This document shows, piece by piece, positions 43,579 to 53,963 of a stretch of DNA of 64,000 nt. The position numbers and the translations under genes were made by a program. Each line of letters opens with the position of its first letter. Position 1 is the first letter of the stretch. The stretch is from Cyanobacteria bacterium J06626_4 (GTDB lineage: Bacteria > Cyanobacteriota > Cyanobacteriia > Phormidesmidales > Phormidesmidaceae): NCBI GenBank assembly GCA_038523235.1, contig JBCBJQ010000017.1, positions 1 through 64,000 on the forward strand, read 5' to 3'. The notes below the pieces were generated by a model. That model did not search any database and had not been told where the DNA came from. It worked only from the letters and a program-made list of their open reading frames with translations.

Positions 43579-45351
43579 TTATAGCAGCACTTCTTCCAAC
43601 TGATGCTGTTCCCACAGTTTTTGATACAGGCCCGCTTGCCGCACCAGTTCTTGATGGGTGCCGATTTGCACGATGCGGCCCTGATCCATCACCATGATGC
43701 GATCGGACAGCGCCGCGACCCCCATCTGATGCGAGATAAACATCACTGTTTGATTTTGCGTGCCGGTCTTGAGATTATTCAAAATATCGGTGGCGGTCTG
43801 ATTATCGACACTCGATAGGGCATCATCTAGCACCACCACGGGAGCTTCAATCATCAGGGCGCGCGCTAAAGCCGATCGCTGTCGCTGTCCCCCCGAGAGG
43901 GTGATGCCGCGTTCGCCCACGACGGTATCGTACTGCTTGGGGAAGTTACCAATCTCCGGAGCAATTTGGGCGAGCTTGGCCGCATACTGCACTTCCGGTA
44001 GCTCAGCCAGCGGTTCCCCGTAGCGGATGTTGTTGTTGATCGTCGTGCTGAACAGAAAGCTCTCTTGAGGGACGTAGGCAATCGCGCTGCGTAAATCAAC
44101 GAGGGGCAGCTGGGTAATATCTTGGCCGTCTAAAAAGAGTTGGCCTGGGGCAATATCTAGCAGACGCGGCAGAGCATTCGCTAGCGTTGATTTACCGGCG
44201 CCAATCGGTCCCACAATCGCCACCGTTTCGCCAGGATACGCGGTAAAAGACACCCCATTCAGCGCGGGTTCCCGGCTGTCAGGATAGGTGAACATCAGGT
44301 TGCGGGCCTCGAGCTGGCCGCGGATGGCCTCCCCAGGTAACGCCTGTAAGGTGGGCGCATCGGCGATCTTGGGTTCGCTCATGAGAATGGCTTCGACCCG
44401 GTCAATACTGACCTCGCCCCGCTGATAGGCGGTAATGGTGAAGCCCAGCAGCGCCGTCGGAAACACCAGCCGCTCAACATAGAGCACCATCGCCACAAAA
44501 TCACCGACTGAGAGGAAACCATCCGCGATCGCTCCGGCTCCCGTCGCCAAAATCAGCAGCAGGCTGATACTCGCTAAGCCCCCCAGCAAAGGAAATAGGG
44601 TGTTGCGGGTACGTGCTAGCGTCAGATTGGCATCGAGCAAATCGTCGTTCAGCTCAGCAAAAGCCTGCCGCTCGTTGTCTTCTTGGGCGTAGATTTTGAT
44701 CAGCGAGATCCCACTGAGGTCTTCTTGAATCAGCTCGCTCAGCCGGGAGGTTGATTCCTGCACCCGCAGTTGTTGATTGCGCAGGCGATCGCTAAACAGC
44801 CGCACGAGCACCAACATGACCGGATACACCAACAGTGCCACGACGGTCAACCGCACGCTGAGTGACAGCATCACCGGCACCGTAAAGGCATAGGCAAACA
44901 GCGTGTTCGCAATACTCAACACGGCAAAGCCTAGCAGTCGCCGAATGTTGTCAACATCACTGGTGGCCCGGCTAATCAGTTCGCCAATCGTGTTGGTGGC
45001 AAAGTAGCTGGGCTCCATCGTCAGCAGATGCTGAAAAATGCGCTGCTTCAGGTCAAACTCTACCTGTCGCCCCACCCCAAACAGGAAAATGCGCGACGCC
45101 ATGCGCAGAATCCACATGACTGACGCCAGCACGAGCACCACGAGAGAATATTGGGCGATCCGGTCAAAGCCAAACGCCACCTGCAGCTCATCAATCCCAT
45201 CCCGAATCAGGAGCGGAATCCGCGCGCCTAAAAGGTTGACCACCAGCAACGCGATAATGCCGAACGCACACTGCCGCCAGTGCGGCTGCATGTATTGTCC
45301 TAGTTTTTTGAGATGCCAGTTTTTCTGTGCCGGGTTGCTTGAACGCGCCAT
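43579..45351 (-). CDS. ABC exporter, fused permease/ATPase
   Basis: GPIGAGKST, LSGGQRQR, LDDALSSVD; N-terminal 6-TM domain. Confidence 0.93.
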   Translation of the reverse strand: MARSSNPAQKNWHLKKLGQYMQPHWRQCAFGIIALLVVNLLGARIPLLIRDGIDELQVAFGFDRIAQYSLVVLVLASVMWILRMASRIFLFGVGRQVEFDLKQRIFQHLLTMEPSYFATNTIGELISRATSDVDNIRRLLGFAVLSIANTLFAYAFTVPVMLSLSVRLTVVALLVYPVMLVLVRLFSDRLRNQQLRVQESTSRLSELIQEDLSGISLIKIYAQEDNERQAFAELNDDLLDANLTLARTRNTLFPLLGGLASISLLLILATGAGAIADGFLSVGDFVAMVLYVERLVFPTALLGFTITAYQRGEVSIDRVEAILMSEPKIADAPTLQALPGEAIRGQLEARNLMFTYPDSREPALNGVSFTAYPGETVAIVGPIGAGKSTLANALPRLLDIAPGQLFLDGQDITQLPLVDLRSAIAYVPQESFLFSTTINNNIRYGEPLAELPEVQYAAKLAQIAPEIGNFPKQYDTVVGERGITLSGGQRQRSALARALMIEAPVVVLDDALSSVDNQTATDILNNLKTGTQNQTVMFISHQMGVAALSDRIMVMDQGRIVQIGTHQELVRQAGLYQKLWEQHQLEEVLL

Positions 45352-45478
45352 GCTGTTGCCAAATCTTCAGCCCCTCCCATCCTAGACGACGCGACGTCAC
45401 TCCTGTTCTGTCGTTCTGGTTAATGACGCAGTACCGATTTGAGCGGGCAGGAGGTACACAAATTCTCGAAAAACGGAG

Positions 45479-45778
45479 CTACTGCGCCGCAAAATCAGCT
45501 TGCCTCACCTGTTCCCACAGTGCTTGTATTTGATCCGCAGAGAAGACACTGCTACTCGCCGCCTCGGTCAAGGCGGCTAATCTGCTCCACGCAAAGGTGT
45601 GTGCGACACGAACGAGGTCGTCATCGGGAAAAGCCGGATGCACCCAGATCACCAGCTGGCTAGCTGGGATGCCGTCTGAGACTAAGTCGAAGGTCACTCT
45701 GTGATACGGTTCTGAGAAATCTTCTCGGACCACAGACCGTTCAATCGCTGCGATTTGTATCGTGCTGGGATCACGCAT
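45479..45778 (-). CDS. Hypothetical protein
   Basis: 99-aa ORF with ATG, co-oriented with neighbours, protein-like composition. Confidence 0.5.
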   Translation of the reverse strand: MRDPSTIQIAAIERSVVREDFSEPYHRVTFDLVSDGIPASQLVIWVHPAFPDDDLVRVAHTFAWSRLAALTEAASSSVFSADQIQALWEQVRQADFAAQ

Positions 45779-45937
45779 GACAAGAAACTTCTGTGGTCAA
45801 GACCTGCATGGCCATTGCTGGCTAGTCTAGCAGTGGTTTTTACGGCAGCATTCTGCTCTTGGTGTGAATGCCGATGCCCAGAACCCATCACAAAAAGCTT
45901 TAATTCGCTCAAACATCGTTATCTGAACACTGCTGTT

Positions 45938-47083
45938 TTACTGGGGCACTAGCTCGACGATTTCGCTCCATTGAGAGTCAATCTCGGGTAGCCAGCCCCG
46001 CAGAAAATAGCCGATCAGAGCGGTCGTTTCTTCGACGTAGGCGGTGGTTAACCGGAGCGCTTCGACATTCGGCACCAGGTCAGACAGCAGCGCCAACGTA
46101 TCGTCAGTCGAAAATTCGCTGCCATAGAAGTTAGTCGGCCAGGCCACAACCTGGAGGTTCCCTTCTTCAAAGGTGAGGGCGGCGCGGCGCATCGTCAATG
46201 CTGGTGCCACGATCGCCACGCGATTAGAATTCAGCTGACGGGTTCCCTCGCCATCGAGCTGACCTCGCTCCTCTAGCAGATCCTGGGCATCCTTCATGGC
46301 CTCGCGGGCGTTGAGCCCATTGCGATTGACGCTGATCACAGGGTCGGGCACACCGTTGTTTATCAGCACTTGACGGAGGACTTGTTCTTTTTGCGTGCGG
46401 CGTTCTGAGTTGCCGACCACCGGCCCCGCCGTCACCATGACAAAGGGGTCGCCACCCGCTTGCCGCACCCGGCCATACAGCCGCGAGGCACTGTCTAAGC
46501 GCGAGAGCAGAATGGGGCTCAAGCTCGCTGCCGGACTGGGAGTCATCGTATTTTCTACCCGGCTAGAGAGCTCTGCTGGGGTGCGGACGGCGTCCATATT
46601 ATCGCCCAACACCACGAGCCCCACAATCTGGCCCAGCGGGGCCGCTTCGGGCACGTCGGCAGGGCAAACATCCTGACAAATGCCCTGCTGTTCAGCATAG
46701 GCTCGCTGCACTGATTGCTCAGCCTGATTCACGAGTACCCGTGCCACTAGGGGCAGACTTGACATCACTAAAATCACGAAAGCGATCGCCACCCACTGAC
46801 CATTGATTTTCTTAAAGCCGTTTTCGAAGGAGACGTCTCTAAACGAGAAGAGCAAGATCGTAATCGTTGCCCCCAAAGGGCTTAACGGAAAAGAAATGAT
46901 GCGCCGAATCGCACTAATAGTGGGATCACCGGTAAAGGCAAAGGACAGGAAAATTAGAGCCAAAATGATGGCCCCCCCAAATACCGTGAGGAAGTTTTTG
47001 GGAATGATTTTGTTGATGAAATACCAAATCAGCAGCCCAAAAGCGGCCCAAACAAGAATGCGGGTAAGCAGATTTAAAACCAT
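45938..47083 (-). CDS. YdcF / DUF218 family membrane protein
   Basis: N-terminal TMs, LVVLG, VAPALTMRRAALTF, LVPNVEAL...E; start taken at MVLNLL. Confidence 0.75.
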   Translation of the reverse strand: MVLNLLTRILVWAAFGLLIWYFINKIIPKNFLTVFGGAIILALIFLSFAFTGDPTISAIRRIISFPLSPLGATITILLFSFRDVSFENGFKKINGQWVAIAFVILVMSSLPLVARVLVNQAEQSVQRAYAEQQGICQDVCPADVPEAAPLGQIVGLVVLGDNMDAVRTPAELSSRVENTMTPSPAASLSPILLSRLDSASRLYGRVRQAGGDPFVMVTAGPVVGNSERRTQKEQVLRQVLINNGVPDPVISVNRNGLNAREAMKDAQDLLEERGQLDGEGTRQLNSNRVAIVAPALTMRRAALTFEEGNLQVVAWPTNFYGSEFSTDDTLALLSDLVPNVEALRLTTAYVEETTALIGYFLRGWLPEIDSQWSEIVELVPQ

Positions 47084-47267
47084 GCTGCTGCGGGGGGCGA
47101 GGGGGCGAGGTGCAGAGACCGGCCCGAGGGGCCATCGCAAGCGGGCATAACGCTAGATGTTCGCTAGGTTCATCGAGCAGCCCACCCTGCAACAGGCATG
47201 ATACATGCGTTCAGCCTTTCTGGCACGCCGCTATTGAGTGACTTCAGCAGGATTTTGCTTATCGAGG

Positions 47268-47897
47268 TCAGGGCAAAACGACAACGGCTGTGCCCAGTGC
47301 AATCAGGTCATACAGTTCAATCACGTCCGCGTTCCGCATGCGCACACACCCATGGGAAACGGCCTCCCCGATCAGGTGTTCATCAGGGGTGCCGTGAAAG
47401 CCAATGGCATTGGTGCCATCCGTCCAAAAGCCAATCCATCTAGCCCCGAGCGGATTGTCGGGGCCGGGGGCAACCACTTCTCCGGTGAAAGGATGCTCCC
47501 AGGCGGGATGCTGCTGCTGCTGAAAAACGGTGAAGGCTCCCGTCGGGGTTTCCCATTCATCACGCCCGATCGCGACGTCATAGGCGACGATTTCGCGATC
47601 GCCGTGATAGCCATAGAGACGCCGTTCCGAAAGCCGGAGTACCAGTCGCGAGACCCGCTGGGGAGCCTGAGGCAAAAATAACGCGGGGTCGCGGACGATA
47701 TCGTTGTTTGGGAGGGGGGCGATCGCCGCCATGGAAACTTCCAGCGGGAGCGGACGGTCAGGCGGCTTCACCGCCGCCGCTTGGGCCTGCCCCAGGCTGA
47801 AACTGTCAGCCATCCAGAGACTGATGAAGACACCAGCCGCAGTGGGCAGCGACAAGCGAACAGGACGGCGACAGCGACTCAGAAACGACACCATCAT
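47268..47897 (-). CDS. L,D-transpeptidase (YkuD family)
   Basis: VAIGRDEWETPTG, NPLGARWIGF, IGFHGT...VSHGCVRM. Confidence 0.92.
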   Translation of the reverse strand: MMVSFLSRCRRPVRLSLPTAAGVFISLWMADSFSLGQAQAAAVKPPDRPLPLEVSMAAIAPLPNNDIVRDPALFLPQAPQRVSRLVLRLSERRLYGYHGDREIVAYDVAIGRDEWETPTGAFTVFQQQQHPAWEHPFTGEVVAPGPDNPLGARWIGFWTDGTNAIGFHGTPDEHLIGEAVSHGCVRMRNADVIELYDLIALGTAVVVLP

Positions 47898-48520
47898 TAG
47901 GGCTCAACCACAACAGTCATCCCCATCTTGACATGGCTGTAGAGCGACAGCACGTCTTCATTGGTGAGGCGCACGCAGCCGTTGGAAGCCGCCTGACCAA
48001 TGGAAGAGATGGTCGGCGTGCCGTGAAAACCAATATCTCCATTCGGGAGAGAGGTAAAGCCAATCCATCGCAACCCCAGCGCACTGTTGGCACCGGGAGC
48101 AAACACTTCACCCGTCCAAGGGCTTTGCCAGACCGGGTTAACCACCATCTGTGTGACGGCAAATTGGCCGATCGGGGTCGGCGTCTCAGGGGTGCCGATC
48201 GCCACGGGATAGTTCTCTAAAATCCGCTCGCCGTCATAGACGTAAACCCGTCGATCACCCAGCCGCAAGACGACGCGATCCGCCTGTGGAATCGCTGCGG
48301 GTAAATGATCAGATCGCCGCCCCAGACCGTAGACGTTGTTATCGGCAGGCAGCGATCGTTCAGGTGTGTAATCAAGTTCCAGGCGGACAGCATCAGTCAC
48401 GACATTACCAGTCTGACCATTGGCCCAGACTGGTAATGTCAACCCGATTAACAGTAACGCTACCAGTCCTGCCGTTCGCCAAAGCCGGGCCATTGTCTGA
48501 CGCCCTGTCCGCTGGTTCAT
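47897..48520 (-). CDS. L,D-transpeptidase (YkuD family)
   Basis: Signal peptide, YPVAIGTPETPTP, LGLRWIGF, IGFHGT...ASNGCVRL; TAATG overlap with the next gene. Confidence 0.92.
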   Translation of the reverse strand: MNQRTGRQTMARLWRTAGLVALLLIGLTLPVWANGQTGNVVTDAVRLELDYTPERSLPADNNVYGLGRRSDHLPAAIPQADRVVLRLGDRRVYVYDGERILENYPVAIGTPETPTPIGQFAVTQMVVNPVWQSPWTGEVFAPGANSALGLRWIGFTSLPNGDIGFHGTPTISSIGQAASNGCVRLTNEDVLSLYSHVKMGMTVVVEP

Positions 48521-48555
48521 GGGTACAACACATGCATTACAGAATCGTCGCTATC

Positions 48556-49251
48556 TTACCAAAGACCGCGAACGGGCTCAGCTGGCGCAGGCTCAACCGG
48601 AGCAGGCTCAGCCGGAGCGGGTTCAGCCGGAGTAGGCTCAGGCTCTTCGACTTCTTCGGCGGCTGCCAGACGTGCGCCTAGTTCCTCAGCCACATCATCA
48701 GGCACCAAGACGGCATCCAGCACGTGAATGACGCCGTTGCTGGCAGGCACATCAGCCGCAACCACCATGGCGTCATCAGCCATAATCATGTCATTATCAG
48801 CGGTCACCATGACGTCGTCACCGTTCAAGGTGGGGACGGGGCCGGTGGTAATGTCGGCAGACGGTACTTCACCCGGAATCACGTGATAGGTGAGGATTTC
48901 GGTGAGCAAATCTTCGTTTTCGGGCAGCAGTAGGGCATCGAGCACGCCATCAGGCAGGGCCGCAAAGGCATCGTTAGTGGGGGCTAATACGGTAAAAGGC
49001 CCTTCACTTTTGAGGGCATCAACCAACCCAGCCGCCTCAACTGCAGCGACTAAAGTGCTGAAGTCCTCGACTGAGCTGGCCACATCGACGATATCACCTG
49101 CCCCTTGGGCTGTTTCTTCAACTGCTTCCATCGCTTCCCCCTCAACCGCATCCGTGGCGGCGTGGTGATCAGCGATGGCCGGTAGCGTGACCCCGAGACT
49201 CAGAACGCTGGCTAAAGCCAAAGCCTTCACAGAAAAAAGTTGAGTGTTCAT
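48556..49251 (-). CDS. Secreted fasciclin (FAS1) domain protein with Pro/Glu stalk and PVRGLW tail
   Basis: Signal peptide, FTVLAPTNDAF, ILTYHV, ASNGVIHVLDAVLVP, then EPEPTPAEPAPAEPAPVEPAPAEPVRGLW. Confidence 0.92.
   Translation of the reverse strand: MNTQLFSVKALALASVLSLGVTLPAIADHHAATDAVEGEAMEAVEETAQGAGDIVDVASSVEDFSTLVAAVEAAGLVDALKSEGPFTVLAPTNDAFAALPDGVLDALLLPENEDLLTEILTYHVIPGEVPSADITTGPVPTLNGDDVMVTADNDMIMADDAMVVAADVPASNGVIHVLDAVLVPDDVAEELGARLAAAEEVEEPEPTPAEPAPAEPAPVEPAPAEPVRGLW
48574..48645 (-). repeat. Approximately 15-bp coding tandem repeat (EPAPA units)
   Basis: GGCTCA/GGTTCA recurring at about 15-nt spacing. Confidence 0.7.
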
Positions 49252-49468
49252 AAAATCCTTACGTAAAGTTGTGTAACTTAAGGTCGGTTTAATCTTACTG
49301 GCAACGGGATGCTCTGGCTAGGGCTTCCTATCATGTCATGCCCCCATCCCATGGGATCATCGTCCCTGTGCCCGCTCCATACAATTCGCTAGGGGTGAAA
49401 TTCGTATCGGCAAATGACATGAAGTCACTAACCGATTAAAGTTCCTGACAACAGGTTAAGCAATTTAG

Positions 49469-49939
49469 TCATTTTGTTTGGCGGTGAACCGTGCGCACGA
49501 TGAGATAGCTGACCGATAAGGCGAATATCGCGATCGCTAGGCCGATGAGACTGACGCCGGGGACTGTTTCTAAATCAAGAATTATGAGCTTGCGCCCGAC
49601 GGCAGTTAATGCGGTGGCGATGACGAGTTCCACCTGTACAACGTGCTTACGAATGTAGGCAGTAATGTTCTCTAAAATTTCTAGCGCAATCAGTACGCTC
49701 AAAAAGAGACCAAAAATATCTGTCAGGGTGGTCTTAAAGAACCCAATATCGTCTGAAACAAACAGAGATCGATAGAGTACCAAGGCTAAATCTAAGGTCG
49801 TTACTAGAATGACCACCACCATCGCGATCGAGAGGATTTTGGACACTGTGCTCTCGATCTGCCCCAACCGTTTCAGAAAGACGTCATCTTTCAGATTGTG
49901 AGCCAAGCTGCTTAATGGAAACCTGCGGGGGCGCGCCAT
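49469..49939 (-). CDS. PsiE-like (phosphate-starvation-inducible E) membrane protein
   Basis: IFGLFLSVLIALEILENIT, VIATALTAVGRKLIILD. Confidence 0.85.
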   Translation of the reverse strand: MARPRRFPLSSLAHNLKDDVFLKRLGQIESTVSKILSIAMVVVILVTTLDLALVLYRSLFVSDDIGFFKTTLTDIFGLFLSVLIALEILENITAYIRKHVVQVELVIATALTAVGRKLIILDLETVPGVSLIGLAIAIFALSVSYLIVRTVHRQTK

Positions 49940-50319
49940 GTTGCCTTGGGTGATGCTATCCCTGTGAGCATAGAAGATGCCCCTCCCTTTGGTAAAGCCT
50001 CCGTTCTAGGTCTGTGGATGCTGGCCGACCGATCAGTGTGAGGGATGTGCTGACAAAACAGCTCGCCAGTTGAAGGGGGTGATTGATCTGGGTGACCGTG
50101 CGACTTGTCCCCAGCTTGGATCAGGAGAAGACCTGACGGTTGCTACCGATCCAGATGTTTTCCAGAAAGTCGCTCTTGTGCCTAGGCCGGTATCGATTTT
50201 CGTAACTTGCCCTGCTCGTCAATCAAGAGTCCTTAGTATCAAAAGTCGGAGGTGACTCGGGCCGACCAGTCTGACACCTCAATTAATTAATTACATTCAT
50301 TTGCTGGGAGGCGACACAC

Positions 50320-51153
50320 TTGCACAAAACATTGACCCATGGGCTTGGTGCCACACTCGCGATCGCTAGTTTGCTCGGCGGTGCCTTGAGCGCGATCGCT
50401 GAATCTTCTTCGTCTGATATCGAGGCGTCTGCTCCCATTGAAGAAACTCTCATGCCGCATCCTCTAGAGCAACCCTGGCAATTTGTGAGCTATCAGGCTG
50501 CTGACGGCACCAAAGTAGAAGTTGTGGGCGATCGCCCGGCCACCTTAGAATTTCAATCCGGACGCTTATCAGGCTCCACTGGCTGCAACCGATTTTTCAG
50601 TGACTATGAGTTGACTGGCGACAGCCTCTCCGTCAGCAGTGGTGGCACCACCTTGATGGGATGTTCTGAAGCCCTGATGCAACAAGAGACGGCCATTTTG
50701 TCAGGTTTACCGCAAATCGCCACTTACACCCAGTCAGCGAATCAGCTGATTTTGCTGGATGACGCGGGCACCCCGCTCTTTACGCTGATGATGCCAGCAG
50801 CTCAGTTCACCCAGACCAAATGGACGCTGGTGGCTTACCACAATGGTCGCGGTCTCGTGACGCCGCTGGCCGACACTCAAATCATCGCTGCCTTCAATCC
50901 CGAGACAGGGCTCACCGGCTCGGCTGGCTGCAACACCTATCAGGCGACCTACGAACAAATCGATAATGCCGTCACAATTGGCATGACTGCCAGCACTCGC
51001 CGCCTCTGTGGTCAACCTAACGGCGTCATGCAGCAAGAAGCGGCTTTCCTCGCGCTGCTGCCGGCGGTCGCGACCTATGCTCTATCGCCTGACCAACTGG
51101 ACTTAAAAAATGCTGCAGGTGTCACCATTGCCCAGTTCTTGCCCGCAATGTGA
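50320..51153 (+). CDS. Secreted protein with two META (HslJ) domains
   Basis: Signal peptide; SGSTGCNRF...TLMGC and GSAGCNTY...STRRLC. Confidence 0.88.
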   Translation: MHKTLTHGLGATLAIASLLGGALSAIAESSSSDIEASAPIEETLMPHPLEQPWQFVSYQAADGTKVEVVGDRPATLEFQSGRLSGSTGCNRFFSDYELTGDSLSVSSGGTTLMGCSEALMQQETAILSGLPQIATYTQSANQLILLDDAGTPLFTLMMPAAQFTQTKWTLVAYHNGRGLVTPLADTQIIAAFNPETGLTGSAGCNTYQATYEQIDNAVTIGMTASTRRLCGQPNGVMQQEAAFLALLPAVATYALSPDQLDLKNAAGVTIAQFLPAM

Positions 51154-51348
51154 TGACTGCGGCAATACCGTTGCACTGTGAGTGGCCTGCCCAGATGACG
51201 GAAAAACATCAGGGTACTGATCAGTTGAGAGACCACATTCGTTGTTGGGCCTTGGCAAAGCCGCCTCAGACCAAAGGGCGACGAGCACGGGTCGACTATT
51301 TACAAACAAGTGAATTCGCGTCATCAGGCATGGTTTAGTGCCTCATCG

Positions 51349-52377
51349 CTAAGTCAACGAATCAGGCTTGGAGTCTACGGTGGACACTGGGTCTGCTCGA
51401 AACTGCCGGGTTAAAGCGGTGGTTAGCACTTCGCGCTGATTGATCAAATAAATGCTGACAATGGTGAGAGCGACACCACCTGTTTGAATCGGGCTCAACA
51501 CCTCACCTAAAAATAGATTGCCAAAGAGGAGGGCAAAGACCGGTGTCAAAAAGGTGAGGGCGCTCAGGCTGGTGAGATTACCCTCAGAAGCCAGGTAGAA
51601 AAAGATGCCGTAGGCTAAGGCGCTGCCCAGTATCGTGGCGTAGGCGATCGCGCCCCATCCTGACAGCCCTATATTGGCCCAGGGCTGCGTTTCATTCACG
51701 GCTGAGAGCATCGCTAGGGGCAGGCCCCCAAAAATCATGTGCCAGCCGGTGGCCACCACTGGGTCGGCATGTTTAGCGACGTATCGAATTAAAACTGTGC
51801 CCACTGCCATCGACAGGGCCGCCATCAGCATCAGCCACTCACCCTGGTCAAACAGCAGCCGCAGCAGCGCTAACCCGTCTGCAGGAATTTCCGTCAGCGT
51901 GAAGTTGCCTTGAAAGACGCTGATCAACCATTCGTCGGGCAGGCCCAATAGGCTGATGCCGAGCAGCCCGACGCCCAAACCGAGCCAGCCCAGTGGCCCC
52001 ACTTGCTCGTGGAAGAGCCATCGGGCGAGCAGCGCCACCGCGAGGGGTTGCGAGTCAATCATGACGGAGCCGAGACCAGCCCCTGTGCGCACCAATCCCT
52101 GAGCTAAAAATCCTTGAAACAAGGCCCCATCGACTAATGCAAACAGGCCAATCCACCACCAGCCTTGGGCAGTGACCTGAAAGCTGCGGCGCAGGGCGAT
52201 CGCCGCCACCAGCACGATCACACCGGCGGGCAGTAGGCGCATCGTGGCCAGAAAAAAGGGCGCAGTATCCGGAATCACTCCCTTCATCGCCACCATGGCT
52301 GTCCCCCAGAGGAAGAACGGCGCAATCATCAGCGGTAATCGCAGCAGTGGTGAGCGGACGGGTAAATTGGAGACCAT
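51349..52377 (-). CDS. DMT/EamA family transporter
   Basis: FFLWGTAMV, GAGLGSVMIDSQP, LTFLTPVFA, 10 TM. Confidence 0.9.
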   Translation of the reverse strand: MVSNLPVRSPLLRLPLMIAPFFLWGTAMVAMKGVIPDTAPFFLATMRLLPAGVIVLVAAIALRRSFQVTAQGWWWIGLFALVDGALFQGFLAQGLVRTGAGLGSVMIDSQPLAVALLARWLFHEQVGPLGWLGLGVGLLGISLLGLPDEWLISVFQGNFTLTEIPADGLALLRLLFDQGEWLMLMAALSMAVGTVLIRYVAKHADPVVATGWHMIFGGLPLAMLSAVNETQPWANIGLSGWGAIAYATILGSALAYGIFFYLASEGNLTSLSALTFLTPVFALLFGNLFLGEVLSPIQTGGVALTIVSIYLINQREVLTTALTRQFRADPVSTVDSKPDSLT

Positions 52378-52595
52378 GCAATATAAGGAAGCGATCGCTC
52401 AGCTTAAACGTTAGTTATTTCAATATAAAGAAACCTGAAGCCCCTAGCTAGCTGAGTCGGCGGTGATCTGCCGGTGTCGCTGTCTCAGCTGTCAGAGTAC
52501 AATGAGCCTTACGCTCTGGTAATCGGCGGCAATGTAGACTTGGGTCTCAACTGTGCGGCGGCCAGAGGACTCATTTTATTCAGTAAGCTTCGTCT

Positions 52596-53447
52596 ATGAT
52601 TTGGCCTTTTAAATCTCGCGCCCAAAAATCGATTGCCCGGATCGAAGTTGCCGGCGCGATCGCGGGGACAACCCGTAAAAACGTCTTAGAAGCTCTCGAT
52701 GAAGTGGTGGAGAGAAAGTTTCCGGCGCTGCTGTTGCGGATTGACAGTCCCGGTGGCACTGTGGGCGACTCGCAAGAAATCTACAACGCTCTACTGCGAC
52801 TGCAAGATAAAAAAATTCCTGTCGTAGCGAGCTTTGGCAATATTTCGGCGTCGGGTGGGGTTTACATTGCCATGGGAGCGCAGCACATTGTCTCTAACCC
52901 CGGCACGATCACGGGCAGCATTGGCGTCATTTTGCGCGGCAATAATTTAGAACAACTGCTTGATCGCGTGGGGGTTTCGTTCAAAGTCATTAAGTCTGGC
53001 CCCTACAAAGACATTTTGGCCTTTGACCGCGAGCTGACCGAGGCTGAGCAAACTATCCTGCAAGAACTCATTGATGTTAGCTATGGCCAGTTTGTGAAAA
53101 CTGTCGCTCAAGCCCGTGGCCTCACTGAAGAAACCGTGCGGAGCTTTGCCGATGGTCGCATTTTTACCGGCGAACAGGCGCTGACGCTCGGCGTCGTGGA
53201 TCGGTTAGGCACCGAAGAGGACGCCCGGCGCTGGGCTGCAGAGCTGGCAGACCTCGATCCAGAGGAAGCCGAAGTCCTAAAAATTGAGCCTAAAAAGAGC
53301 GGCATTCAACGCTTTGTGCCCGGTCGTAATCAGTCTGTCTGGTCACAGATTTTTCCGGAAGCCGCCGCTAATCTACAGACGGTGACGAACTGGCTAGAGT
53401 TTGAAATCAGCACGTCTGGGTTGCCTTTGTGGCTGTATCGTCCCTAG
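52596..53447 (+). CDS. sppA: Signal peptide peptidase SppA (36K type)
   Basis: LRIDSPGG, SASGGVY, TGSIGV, KSGPYKD, DGRIFTG. Confidence 0.93.
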   Translation: MIWPFKSRAQKSIARIEVAGAIAGTTRKNVLEALDEVVERKFPALLLRIDSPGGTVGDSQEIYNALLRLQDKKIPVVASFGNISASGGVYIAMGAQHIVSNPGTITGSIGVILRGNNLEQLLDRVGVSFKVIKSGPYKDILAFDRELTEAEQTILQELIDVSYGQFVKTVAQARGLTEETVRSFADGRIFTGEQALTLGVVDRLGTEEDARRWAAELADLDPEEAEVLKIEPKKSGIQRFVPGRNQSVWSQIFPEAAANLQTVTNWLEFEISTSGLPLWLYRP

Positions 53448-53561
53448 TGATCGCTGCCCGAGAGGCTGGAAGGAGGCTGCTAGGATTGACTCTGAGCTTT
53501 CAGGCATCAGGCCAATTGGCTGTGAATTTGGATGAGGTCAGTAAAGTTGGAGGAAGTTAGC

Positions 53562-53963
53562 GTGGAATGGCGCATGCAAGCAGTTCGAGGAGCAACGACT
53601 GTCTCCCATAATGATGCTGAGGAAATTGCCGCAGCCACCCACGAGCTTCTAGAGGTTCTAGAAACCCGCAACCGCCTCAGTCCCGAACATCTCATCAGTG
53701 TGACGTTTTCGGTGACCAAAGATTTGGATGCGCTGTTCCCGGCTGCCGCCGCTCGCCAGCGACCGGGTTGGGATGCTGTCCCCCTCCTTGATGTGCAGCA
53801 CATGCACGTGAGAGGCAGCCTACCGCGCTGCATTCGAGTGCTAATTCACACTCAGGTGCCCGTACTGCACGAAGCTGTCTGTCATGTTTATCTGCGAGAA
53901 GCGCAGCAGTTACGTCCTGACTTGGGCGATCGCGCCGTCTCCGTTTCCTCACAGCGAGAATAG
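53562..53963 (+). CDS. aroH: Chorismate mutase, AroH class
   Basis: AVRGATT, FSVTKDLDALFPA, LPRCIRVL, HVYL, LRPD; GTG start after GGAGG. Confidence 0.92.
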   Translation: MEWRMQAVRGATTVSHNDAEEIAAATHELLEVLETRNRLSPEHLISVTFSVTKDLDALFPAAAARQRPGWDAVPLLDVQHMHVRGSLPRCIRVLIHTQVPVLHEAVCHVYLREAQQLRPDLGDRAVSVSSQRE

